Shown here piece by piece: positions 56,529 to 64,000 of a stretch of DNA of 64,000 nt. The DNA is taken from positions 96,001-160,000 of the forward strand of contig JBPOGI010000001.1 of the NCBI GenBank assembly GCA_051251855.1, in the 5' to 3' direction. Both the position numbers and the translations under genes were made by a program. The notes below the pieces were generated by a model. It searched no databases. It had not been told where the DNA came from and saw only the letters and a list, made by a program, of their open reading frames with translations. Within the stretch, counting starts at the first letter, position 1. Every line of letters begins with the position of its first letter. This stretch comes from Roseibacillus sp. (lineage in GTDB: Bacteria > Verrucomicrobiota > Verrucomicrobiia > Verrucomicrobiales > Akkermansiaceae).

Positions 56529-56837
56529 ATGGGCCAGCAGCATAGAAAAGTTATCAAGCGTCGCCGCCGGAAGGATTACCTGAAGCGGAAAAAGGAACTA
56601 GCGAAGACCAATCAGGTTCTTTCCAAGAAGTCCGAAAAGCCAGCGGCCAAGAAGGCGGCTAAGAAAGCAGCAAAAAAGGCCGCTAAGAAAGTCGCCAAGA
56701 AGGTGGCAAAACCTGCGGCTGAAAAGGCTGCTCCCGAGGCTGTCGAAGAAACTAAGGTTGAAGAAGCCAAAGTGGAAGAGACTCCCAAGGCCGAGGAACC
56801 CAAAGCTGAGGAGAAATCCGAAGACGCTGCGGAGTAA
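56529..56837 (+). CDS. Small Lys/Ala-rich histone H1-like protein with acidic tail
   Basis: Basic N-terminus, KKAA/KKVA repeats, EEAK/EEPK tail; followed by its own terminator. Confidence 0.7.
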   Translation: MGQQHRKVIKRRRRKDYLKRKKELAKTNQVLSKKSEKPAAKKAAKKAAKKAAKKVAKKVAKPAAEKAAPEAVEETKVEEAKVEETPKAEEPKAEEKSEDAAE

Positions 56838-56862
56838 TCAGCCACTCAATTCTATTTATTCG

Positions 56863-56890
56863 AAAGGCGACCCTGTGGTCGCCTTTTTTT
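56863..56890. terminator. Bidirectional terminator
   Basis: AAAGGCGACC-ctgt-GGTCGCCTTTTTTT between convergent genes. Confidence 0.85.
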
Positions 56891-56909
56891 GTGCGTGGGT
56901 GATCCCGCT

Positions 56910-57830
56910 CTAGGCCCGGCCTGCGCGCATGGCAGCCAAGGGTTCGGTGCCGGGGTACCAATATTCGAAGGAAAGGGCTCCTTGATGCAGGAGGAGAGAG
57001 AGTCCATTGGCGACGCGTGCCCCGTTCGCTTCTCCAAAGCGCAGGAACTTGGTGCGGGCGGGTTGGTAAATGGTGTCGTAGATGAGGTGGTGGGGTTGGA
57101 GGCAGCTGCTGGGAATGGGAGCGGGGTCAGTGGCTTTGAGGCCGAGGGAGGTGGTCTGAACAAGGAGGTCGCAATTTCCAGCCACTTCGGCGAGGTGGGG
57201 GGAGTCGATGGCGTAGGTCGAGAGGCGCTCGCCGGGCCCGTCGAGCTTTTCGGATTCGAAGTAGGGTTGGAGTTTCTCCGAGAGGCTCGTGAGCTTGTCG
57301 ACGGAACGGTTCACGAGGATGAGTTGCTCACAACCTTCGCGGGCGCATTGGGTGGCAAGGGCTTGGCCGGCGCCGCCTCCAGCTCCCACGATCATGATGC
57401 GGAGGTCGCGGATATCGACGGAAAATTCCTCCCGAATGGCGCGCACGAAGCCAGGGCCGTCGGTATTGAAGCCGAGGGTCTCTTCGCCTTCCCCGAAGAG
57501 GATGGTGTTGACCGCTCCCAAAGCTTCCGCGGCGGGGTCGAGGTCGGTGCAGGTGGAAAGGGCTTCGAATTTATGAGGGACGGTGACGTTGGTGCCGATA
57601 AAGCCGAGCTCGCGCATTTTGGAGAATGCGGTAGGGAGTTGTCCGGGCTCGAGTTCTAAACGAATGTAGCGGGCATCGATGTCGAGAGCATCGAGAGCGG
57701 GCTGGTGAAGCTGAGGTGACTGAGAATGAGCGACGGGATGACCGATGACCGCTAACTTGGCTGGTTTGGCCCCTGCGGGATTCAGAGCGGCGGTATCATC
57801 TAGGTCAGTCAAGGTGTAGACGTCTTTCAT
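56910..57830 (-). CDS. aroE: Shikimate dehydrogenase
   Basis: IGHPVAHSQSP, NVTVPHK, GAVNT, NTDGPG, GAGG, NR, LLHQGA. Confidence 0.93.
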   Translation of the reverse strand: MKDVYTLTDLDDTAALNPAGAKPAKLAVIGHPVAHSQSPQLHQPALDALDIDARYIRLELEPGQLPTAFSKMRELGFIGTNVTVPHKFEALSTCTDLDPAAEALGAVNTILFGEGEETLGFNTDGPGFVRAIREEFSVDIRDLRIMIVGAGGGAGQALATQCAREGCEQLILVNRSVDKLTSLSEKLQPYFESEKLDGPGERLSTYAIDSPHLAEVAGNCDLLVQTTSLGLKATDPAPIPSSCLQPHHLIYDTIYQPARTKFLRFGEANGARVANGLSLLLHQGALSFEYWYPGTEPLAAMRAGRA

Positions 57831-57914
57831 TCGGGAGAAGGATAGCTCGCTATCGACGATTGACCAGTCACGAAGAGTGCTGGACGCAAGGAAAGCGGGG
57901 GCTAGGTTTTTGAC

Positions 57915-58376
57915 ATGTCAGCTGAAGAAAAACTCGCCGAACTTGGAATTACTCTGCCCGAAGTTGCTACTCCCGTCGCCAGCTATGTGAATGCGGTGCG
58001 CACGGGGAACTTGTTGTTTATTTCTGGCGGCTTGCCGGACCTCTCCAATGAGGGTTTTAAAGGGCAGGTTCCGACTCAGGTTTCTCCTGAAGTTGCGAAA
58101 GAGGCGGCTCGTGATTCGGTGCTAGGTCGCTTGGCGGTGATTCAGAAGGAACTCGGTTCTCTCGACAAGGTGACGCGCGTGGTTTCGGTGCAGGGCTTTG
58201 TGAATGCGGCTTCGGACTACGGTGATGTTCCGCAAGTGATCAATGGGGCGTCGGATACTCTCGTGGAAGTCTTCGGTCCTGAAATTGGTTCACACTCTCG
58301 CGCTGCGGTGGGAGTGGCGAGTTTGCCACTTAATGTCTGTGTTGAGGTGGCCTTGGTGGTGGAAGTGGCGAAGTAG
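57915..58376 (+). CDS. RidA/YjgF-family protein
   Basis: PVASYV..VRTGNLLFISG, GFVN, NGASD, HSRAAVGVASLP. Confidence 0.9.
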   Translation: MSAEEKLAELGITLPEVATPVASYVNAVRTGNLLFISGGLPDLSNEGFKGQVPTQVSPEVAKEAARDSVLGRLAVIQKELGSLDKVTRVVSVQGFVNAASDYGDVPQVINGASDTLVEVFGPEIGSHSRAAVGVASLPLNVCVEVALVVEVAK

Positions 58377-58415
58377 ATTCAGCGTTCGACGACTGAAGTC
58401 GACGTTCCTTTGAGG

Positions 58416-59549
58416 CTAGGGTTTGAGCGCACGCACGAGTTTTTCCAGGCCTTCTTGTACCCTGTAGGTGGGGCAGCCGTAGTTGAAGCGGACGCACTTG
58501 GGGGAGCCGAAGAAGGCGCCGTCGGAGAGGTAGAGTTTTTCTTTTTCTTCGGCAACCTTGGCGGGGTTGGCGTGGGGGAGAGCTTGGCAATCGATCCAGG
58601 CGAGGTAGGTGGCTTCGATTTCGGGGACAACCACTTGGGGGAGTTGGTCGGCGAGGTAGGAGGTGAGGTAGTTGCGGTTCTTTCGCAGGGTGGAAATCAG
58701 TTCCTCTCGCCAGGGTTCACCGTATTGATAGGCGGCTTCGGCAGCGTAGTAAGCGAGGCCGTTAATTTCGGTGAGGGTGTGGCCTTTGGCGGATTGAAAA
58801 CGACGGCGGACGGAGTCGTCGGGAATGACGGCGTAGGCGTAACCGAGTCCAGCGATGTTGTAGGTCTTGGAGGGCGAAAGAAGGGTGATGGTGTTCTTGC
58901 GAAGTTCCTCGGGAAGGTTGAGGGCGGAGAAGTGGGGGGTCTCTTCTTCGTCGAGAATGAGGTCGCAGTGAATTTCGTCGGAGACGAGGAGGATGTTGAG
59001 TTTTTGGCAGAAGGTGGCGAGCTTGATCATTTCGCGCTCGGTGAGAACGCGGCCGAGAGGATTCTGGGGGTTAGAAAGAATGAAGACGCGGGTGTCCGGG
59101 CGGACAGAAGCGACCATTTTTTCCCAGTCAAAAGTCCAGACGCCCTCGACTTGGACGTGTTCGACTTGGACGAGGTCGGTTTTGCTATCGTGGTGAACGC
59201 CGAGGAAAGGTGGGTAGACGGGGGCGCAGGTCATGAGCGATTCACCGGGCTTGGCGAAGGCGCGGCCGGCCATCGAGAGGGCGGGAACGAGGCCGCCAAG
59301 GTGAACGATTTCCTCTTCCTTGGCGGTGTATCCGATGCGATTGGCGAGATACTCCTGTAAGGTGGTGACGAGGGCGGGGTGGGGCACGGCATAGCCAAAG
59401 ACACCGTGGCTGACGCGGTCTTGGAGGGCGGCGATGACTTCGGGCGGGCTTTGGAAGTCCATGTCGGCGACCCAGAAGGGGTCGAGGTCAGAGCGGCGGT
59501 CCCACTTAAGGGAACCGGTATTGCGACGGTCAGCAACAGGAGTTAGCAT
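58416..59549 (-). CDS. MalY/PatB-family PLP C-S lyase
   Basis: SLKW, WVADMDF, GVFGY, NPQNPLG, SDEIH, SPSKTYNIAGL, EATYLAW. Confidence 0.92.
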   Translation of the reverse strand: MLTPVADRRNTGSLKWDRRSDLDPFWVADMDFQSPPEVIAALQDRVSHGVFGYAVPHPALVTTLQEYLANRIGYTAKEEEIVHLGGLVPALSMAGRAFAKPGESLMTCAPVYPPFLGVHHDSKTDLVQVEHVQVEGVWTFDWEKMVASVRPDTRVFILSNPQNPLGRVLTEREMIKLATFCQKLNILLVSDEIHCDLILDEEETPHFSALNLPEELRKNTITLLSPSKTYNIAGLGYAYAVIPDDSVRRRFQSAKGHTLTEINGLAYYAAEAAYQYGEPWREELISTLRKNRNYLTSYLADQLPQVVVPEIEATYLAWIDCQALPHANPAKVAEEKEKLYLSDGAFFGSPKCVRFNYGCPTYRVQEGLEKLVRALKP

Positions 59550-59676
59550 GCCCTTGTGATGCCCTCGCTCGCTGGCTCACGAAAGGAAAAATTTCGATTG
59601 CTTGTCTGGGCTGGCGCAACTTCGGCATCATGGGCTTGCCTTTGGGGCTTTATCTCGCAAACTCTTAGCAGATTTA

Positions 59677-60567
59677 ATGAGCGACTCTAACGAACTGGTC
59701 TGTAAGCCTACCAAGTGGTTTCTATGGCGTGCCCTTGCGATGGCACTGATGTTTGGGGTGGGAGCATTCATGTTCTTTAAGGACTGGAAGTGGGGTTATC
59801 CTGAAAAGAATGTGGAGCGATTCTACTTTCTCGCTTTTGAGTCCGCGAAGGAAGACTTTGCGGAGCACTTGGAAGAGGGGAGAAGTCCCGAGGATTGGGA
59901 GAGTTTCGCGCAATCACAGAAGGTTTTCCGAGTGATTGATGACCCGAAAGAGAAGGTGGAGGATGTGGCGGCTATCGTGCCTGCGAGCACTGATTTTGAG
60001 ACCCCTTGGCCGGAGATTCTCGCCGATTTTGAGACCTACTCTCCGCTCTATGAGGCTGGCAAAAATACTGCCAGTCCTCCGGGGTGGAAGAAGTTTTCGA
60101 ATTCTGACGGCCGGAAGTGGTCAGAAAAGTCGGAGAAGTCTTTGAAGACCGAGGGGAAGATTAAGGAGCAGCTTTATATCGGCATTCTGTGCAGCGTTCT
60201 TTTCTTGGGGGCGATCTTCTTTTTCTTGCGCACGAATGGACGTTCGATGCGGGTCAATAGTGAGGGATATACTCCGCCAGGGGGGAAGTTGATTCCTTTT
60301 GGGGATATCAAGCGGATTGATGCTCGGAAGTGGGATACAAAGGGTTTAGCTTATTTGTTCTACGAGCAGGGCGGCAGCGAGAAAAAGGCCAAGATTGATG
60401 GAATGGTCTATGGGCAGTTTAAAAAAGAGGAAGGGGAGCCGGCTCAGAAGCTTTACGAGCGTATTTTGTCCAATTTTCAAGGCGAACTCATCGAGTTGGC
60501 GCCTGACGATGAGGAGGACGATGAAACAAAAGAAAAATCGCCTGTTACAAATGACAGCGAGGATTGA
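59677..60567 (+). CDS. Hypothetical two-TM membrane protein
   Basis: Two hydrophobic segments flanking a soluble loop, C-terminal soluble domain; ATG at 59677. Confidence 0.7.
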   Translation: MSDSNELVCKPTKWFLWRALAMALMFGVGAFMFFKDWKWGYPEKNVERFYFLAFESAKEDFAEHLEEGRSPEDWESFAQSQKVFRVIDDPKEKVEDVAAIVPASTDFETPWPEILADFETYSPLYEAGKNTASPPGWKKFSNSDGRKWSEKSEKSLKTEGKIKEQLYIGILCSVLFLGAIFFFLRTNGRSMRVNSEGYTPPGGKLIPFGDIKRIDARKWDTKGLAYLFYEQGGSEKKAKIDGMVYGQFKKEEGEPAQKLYERILSNFQGELIELAPDDEEDDETKEKSPVTNDSED

Positions 60568-60633
60568 TTTTCGCGATTGCCAAGGTTGAGTTACCTGCGT
60601 AATCCTCAGGCACACTTTAACTGAAACGACCCT

Positions 60634-60876
60634 ATGTCAGACAAAACGAACGAAGAAAGAATCAAGGATATCATCGTCGAGCAACTCGGCGTGAACGTAG
60701 ACCAAGTCACTGCAGACGCAAAGCTCATGGAGGACCTCGGTGCGGACTCTCTCGACGCAGTTGAGTTGGTGATGGCTATTGAAGAAGAGTTTGGAATTGA
60801 GGTTCCTGACGATGAGGCTGAGAAGCTGACTTCAATGGGCGACATCAAGGCGTATGTCGACAAGTCAGATGCGTAA
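60634..60876 (+). CDS. acpP: Acyl carrier protein
   Basis: [25 protein letters not shown]. Confidence 0.97.
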   Translation: MSDKTNEERIKDIIVEQLGVNVDQVTADAKLMEDLGADSLDAVELVMAIEEEFGIEVPDDEAEKLTSMGDIKAYVDKSDA

Positions 60877-60908
60877 TGCTTTCGAGCGACGCTCGGTATT
60901 TTTTAACG

Positions 60909-60937
60909 AAGGTGGATCCGCACGGGTCCACCTTTTT
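60909..60937 (+). terminator. Intrinsic terminator after acpP
   Basis: AAGGTGGATCC-gcac-GGGTCCACCTT followed by a T tract; a smaller CGAGC-gac-GCTCG hairpin lies at 60883-60895. Confidence 0.8.
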
Positions 60938-61004
60938 GTTTTTTCTCTTTCCCGAAATTTTGCGGTTGCCAGAGTGGTGACGCTGAACGACCTACCCCTC
61001 TCAT

Positions 61005-61535
61005 TTGAAACCGCATTCGCCTGACACAGTTCAATACGCTTTGGAGACCACTCAGGTTCTCTACGAGCCGGATCGGCGGATTGATACCTTTGGCTCAACG
61101 AATTTTGAGTTCCAGTTGCTAAGTGAGCCGATGGACGCGGTGGGCCAGGTTCGGGTCCGGACGGGCAAGTTTGAGGCCTCTCAGCCCCAGATTATTCGAC
61201 CCGAAGGCTATCAAGAGATCGAAACGGAAGGATTTGGCGAGCATGCTAAGAAGCTCTTCGACTGGATGGAGAAAGAGGGGCAGATGCCGCAAATGTTGCA
61301 GTATGGCTTTCAGTTCAAGCGAAGCGATGTGACGGAAGAGTTGCTTCATGAGCCGATTGCTGATGTGAGAGGCCGTCTTTTGGAACGTGCCAAGGAGGAA
61401 GGGCGACCGATGCAAGCTGTCATTGAAGGGGTGGATGACGCTTGGGAGATTTGCCTTCTGCGCTTCGGCATGGAGATGATTTCAATGTCGAAGGGGATTA
61501 ACCTCTTTGATTTTAAAAGAAAGGGCCTGCTCTAA
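61005..61535 (+). CDS. Hypothetical protein
   Basis: Clean 176-aa ORF with genome-typical composition between acpP and the LysM gene; no recognisable motif. Confidence 0.7.
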   Translation: MKPHSPDTVQYALETTQVLYEPDRRIDTFGSTNFEFQLLSEPMDAVGQVRVRTGKFEASQPQIIRPEGYQEIETEGFGEHAKKLFDWMEKEGQMPQMLQYGFQFKRSDVTEELLHEPIADVRGRLLERAKEEGRPMQAVIEGVDDAWEICLLRFGMEMISMSKGINLFDFKRKGLL

Positions 61536-61556
61536 GCGAGGAGGAGTCAATTGAAG

Positions 61557-62447
61557 ATGAGATTTTCGACCATTTGTAAAGGAATCGCGGCTGCACTCGT
61601 GCTGGCTGTGATGGCTGCGACCGCGTTTCTGGTCCATCGCTTTCAGCAGGACTTGGCGGTGCCTGAGCTCGAGAACCAGGAAATGTTGTTGGTTTTAGAG
61701 TCGGCAAAGCTGCCTGATGTGGAACCGGGTGACCGTGCTTCGCAGCGGGCGGCCGAATTGATTGCGACGGGTGAATTTGAGGAGGCGAAGAAGAAGCTCC
61801 ACTTTATCATTAACTTTAGTCCTGGCTCTCCTGCGGCGAAGGAAGCACGAAGAATTCTAGGGGAGGTCTATTTGGATGAGATTTTCGCTCCCGGTGAAAA
61901 TACTTGGAAGAAAAAGCATGTGGTGAAGAAGGGGGAGTTTCCTCTCAATCTTGCCAAAAAGTATGAGACCACACTCGATTGCATGATGGTGGTGAATAAT
62001 CTCAATCGTCTTCAGATCCACCCCGGTGATGAGCTGTATATGGTTGCGCTCAATTTTAATGTTCGCATTGATTTGAGACGCAAGGCGTTGACTTTACGTC
62101 GGACGATTTCGGAGGAGCCTCGACGTGATGAGTTTGTGAAGGAGTATGTTATCGAGCGATTCCGTCTGCCTTCGCAGAGCAAGATGGTGGTTCAGACGCA
62201 GGTGAAGGATAAAAAGGGGATGGTTGGGACGAGAAGTGTAAACACGAGCACGGATTCCTACCGTGAGTCGCAAAAGGTGATTTGGTTGGATACGCAAGGT
62301 TGGCAGGTCCGAGCAATGCCTGATGATAGCGACGAGTTGCCGGAAGGGAACGGTTTTTTCTTGGCTCGAACAGATGTTGAGGAGCTGGCTCTTTTATTAA
62401 GAGTTGGCAATTCGGTCGAAATCATGATGGATAAACAGGAAGAATAA
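61557..62447 (+). CDS. Membrane-anchored TPR-LysM protein with degenerate YkuD-like C-terminal domain
   Basis: N-terminal TM; HVVKKGE....LAKKY.TT...M..NNL...IHPGDEL LysM; C-terminal DVEELALLLRVGNSVEI. Confidence 0.75.
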   Translation: MRFSTICKGIAAALVLAVMAATAFLVHRFQQDLAVPELENQEMLLVLESAKLPDVEPGDRASQRAAELIATGEFEEAKKKLHFIINFSPGSPAAKEARRILGEVYLDEIFAPGENTWKKKHVVKKGEFPLNLAKKYETTLDCMMVVNNLNRLQIHPGDELYMVALNFNVRIDLRRKALTLRRTISEEPRRDEFVKEYVIERFRLPSQSKMVVQTQVKDKKGMVGTRSVNTSTDSYRESQKVIWLDTQGWQVRAMPDDSDELPEGNGFFLARTDVEELALLLRVGNSVEIMMDKQEE

Positions 62448-62453
62448 ACGGGG

Positions 62454-63419
62454 ATGGAAAAGCCACTTGAATTCGAAAAACCGATCGCCGAGCTCGAAGA
62501 TGAGCTTGAGAATCTCAGACGCAAAGCTGAGGAGCAAAATCTTGATCTCGGAGGTGAGATGCAGGCTTTGCAAGAGAAGCTCGCGGGGACAAGAAAGCAG
62601 ATTTACGAAAACCTCTCTCCATGGCAGCGTGTACAAATCGCCCGTCACATTAATAGACCCTTTTTGCTAGATTACTTAGATAAATCTTTTGACGAGTTTT
62701 GCGAACTCCACGGGGACCGTCTGTTTGGGGATGACCGTGCGATGCCTGCCGGCTTGGCCCGGATTGGTGAGCATCGTTGCGTGGTGGTTGGCCATCAGAA
62801 AGGAAGAAATACCAAGGAGAATCTCGAGCACAACTTCGGGAGTGCTCATCCAGAAGGGTATCGTAAGGCGATGCGCCTGATGCGCTTGGCTGAGCGGTTC
62901 CATCTTCCGATTGTGGCGATGATCGATACTCCGGGTGCTTTCCCTGGAATTGGCGCTGAGGAGCGGAATATTGCAGAGGCAATTGCGGCGAATCTGCGCG
63001 ATATGATGGCGCTGAAGGTGCCCGTGATTGCGGTTGTACTTGGTGAAGGAGGTTCGGGTGGTGCTCTTGGAATTGGGGTCGCAAATCGAGTCCTGATGAT
63101 GGAAAACTCTTACTATTCGGTGATTAGCCCGGAGGGTTGTGCTGCCATTCTGTGGAAGCATCGGAAGCACGCCCCTGAGGCAGCTGAGGCGATGAAGTTG
63201 GCTGCTCCCGACCTGAAGAAACTCGGTCTCATCGATGGCGTAATTGCTGAGCCTGAAGGTGGAGCGCATCACGACCACGTGGCAACGGCGAAGAGCTTTC
63301 GCGAGACTCTTTTGGCGCAGCTTGATGAGTTGAGCAAAAAGTCGAGCGATGAGCTTCGCGATGAGCGCTACCAAAAGTTCCGTCATTTCGGGGTGTGGCA
63401 GGGTGAGGAGTTAGCCTGA
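62454..63419 (+). CDS. accA: Acetyl-CoA carboxylase carboxyltransferase alpha subunit
   Basis: LEFEKPI, ARH..RP, ELHGDR, GHQKG, IDTPGAFPG, GEGGSGGALG, SVISPEGCA. Confidence 0.97.
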   Translation: MEKPLEFEKPIAELEDELENLRRKAEEQNLDLGGEMQALQEKLAGTRKQIYENLSPWQRVQIARHINRPFLLDYLDKSFDEFCELHGDRLFGDDRAMPAGLARIGEHRCVVVGHQKGRNTKENLEHNFGSAHPEGYRKAMRLMRLAERFHLPIVAMIDTPGAFPGIGAEERNIAEAIAANLRDMMALKVPVIAVVLGEGGSGGALGIGVANRVLMMENSYYSVISPEGCAAILWKHRKHAPEAAEAMKLAAPDLKKLGLIDGVIAEPEGGAHHDHVATAKSFRETLLAQLDELSKKSSDELRDERYQKFRHFGVWQGEELA

Positions 63420-63488
63420 TTTTTTCAGGTAAGAAGAAGGAGCGTGAGCGTTCTTCTTTATGTCTGAACGATTCCGACTTTTAAATCT

Positions 63489-64000
63489 ATGAGCCTTATC
63501 GAAGCCCGCGACCTTCATCGGAGTTATCTCCTGGGAAAGAAGGAACTCAAGGTGTTGAGGGGCGTCAATTTGAGCGTTGAGGCAGGGGAGAAGGTTTTTC
63601 TGTGTGGGCCGTCGGGAGCCGGAAAAACGACTCTCATGTATACTCTGGCAGGCTTGGAGCGGCCGGAGAAGGGGGAGGTGACGATTGAGGGAAAGAATAT
63701 CTACACTTTACCGGCTCGCGAGCAGTCAGGGTTCCGTAACCGAACACTGGGCTATATTTTTCAGAGCTTTTTCCTGCTGCCTGAATTGAGCGCGCTTGAG
63801 AATGTGATGATTCCTAGCTTGATCGACGGGAAGGAAAAGAGAGAACGCGCTCGAGACCTGCTAGAACAGGTCGGACTAGGAGAGCGTCTTGACCACTTGC
63901 CTGCTGAGTTGAGTGGTGGTGAGCAGCAGCGGGTGGCGATAGCGCGCTCGTTGGCAAATGAGCCTAAAATTATTTTTGCTGACGAGCCAACGGGGAATCT
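63489..64000 (+). CDS. LolD/MacB-type ABC transporter ATP-binding protein (3' truncated by window edge)
   Basis: Read directly from the sequence: [13 protein letters not shown]...GPSGAGKTT...[13 protein letters not shown]...FADEPTGN. Confidence 0.9.
   Translation, partial: MSLIEARDLHRSYLLGKKELKVLRGVNLSVEAGEKVFLCGPSGAGKTTLMYTLAGLERPEKGEVTIEGKNIYTLPAREQSGFRNRTLGYIFQSFFLLPELSALENVMIPSLIDGKEKRERARDLLEQVGLGERLDHLPAELSGGEQQRVAIARSLANEPKIIFADEPTGN

Noticed and set aside
56889..57659. 256-aa plus-strand ORF
   Set aside because: Antisense shadow of aroE
58410..59360. 316-aa plus-strand ORF
   Set aside because: Antisense shadow of the well-supported patB/malY gene; no motifs
1..64000. tRNA, rRNA, CRISPR array, IS element or prophage
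   Set aside because: None recognised; intergenic gaps are short and no transposase, integrase or phage ORFs appear

Overview
Bacterial chromosomal window, probably Verrucomicrobia/PVC (inferred from gene order, the exosortase-EpsI pair, weak or absent Shine-Dalgarno sites and the style of the conserved hypotheticals; not verified). Housekeeping flanks (HNH, GtrA, recN, dnaE on the left; prs-rplY-pth-rpsF-ssb, rlmN, aroE, ridA, patB, acpP, accA and an ABC ATPase on the right) enclose a ~44 kb, entirely plus-strand surface-glycan locus (7459-51930). It opens with a GbsR/MarR regulator and an RfaH-like antiterminator. It encodes a GDP-mannose 3,5-epimerase-like enzyme, PAPS synthesis (cysC/D/N), a CDP-3,6-dideoxyhexose pathway, a nucleotide-heptose pathway, Wzx/Wzy, several glycosyltransferases and many modifying enzymes. 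It ends in an exosortase-EpsI-UbiA-DprE1-DprE2-GT-C-O-antigen-ligase-like-priming GT block. Most notable observations: (i) a candidate protein-glycosylation/arabinosylation system coupled to exosortase sorting, with no Wza/Wzc in the window; (ii) a stack of tandem hairpin+U-tract elements after the first operon gene, an ops-like 12-mer and a repeated palindromic operator, together suggesting an antitermination-gated circuit; (iii) a repeat-flanked nucleotidyltransferase + small-partner cassette inserted between cysD and cysN; (iv) a membrane/PQQ-propeller/cytochrome c fusion inside the glycan locus. No rRNA, tRNA, CRISPR, transposase or integrase was recognised. All calls come from reading motifs by eye; no database searches were run.
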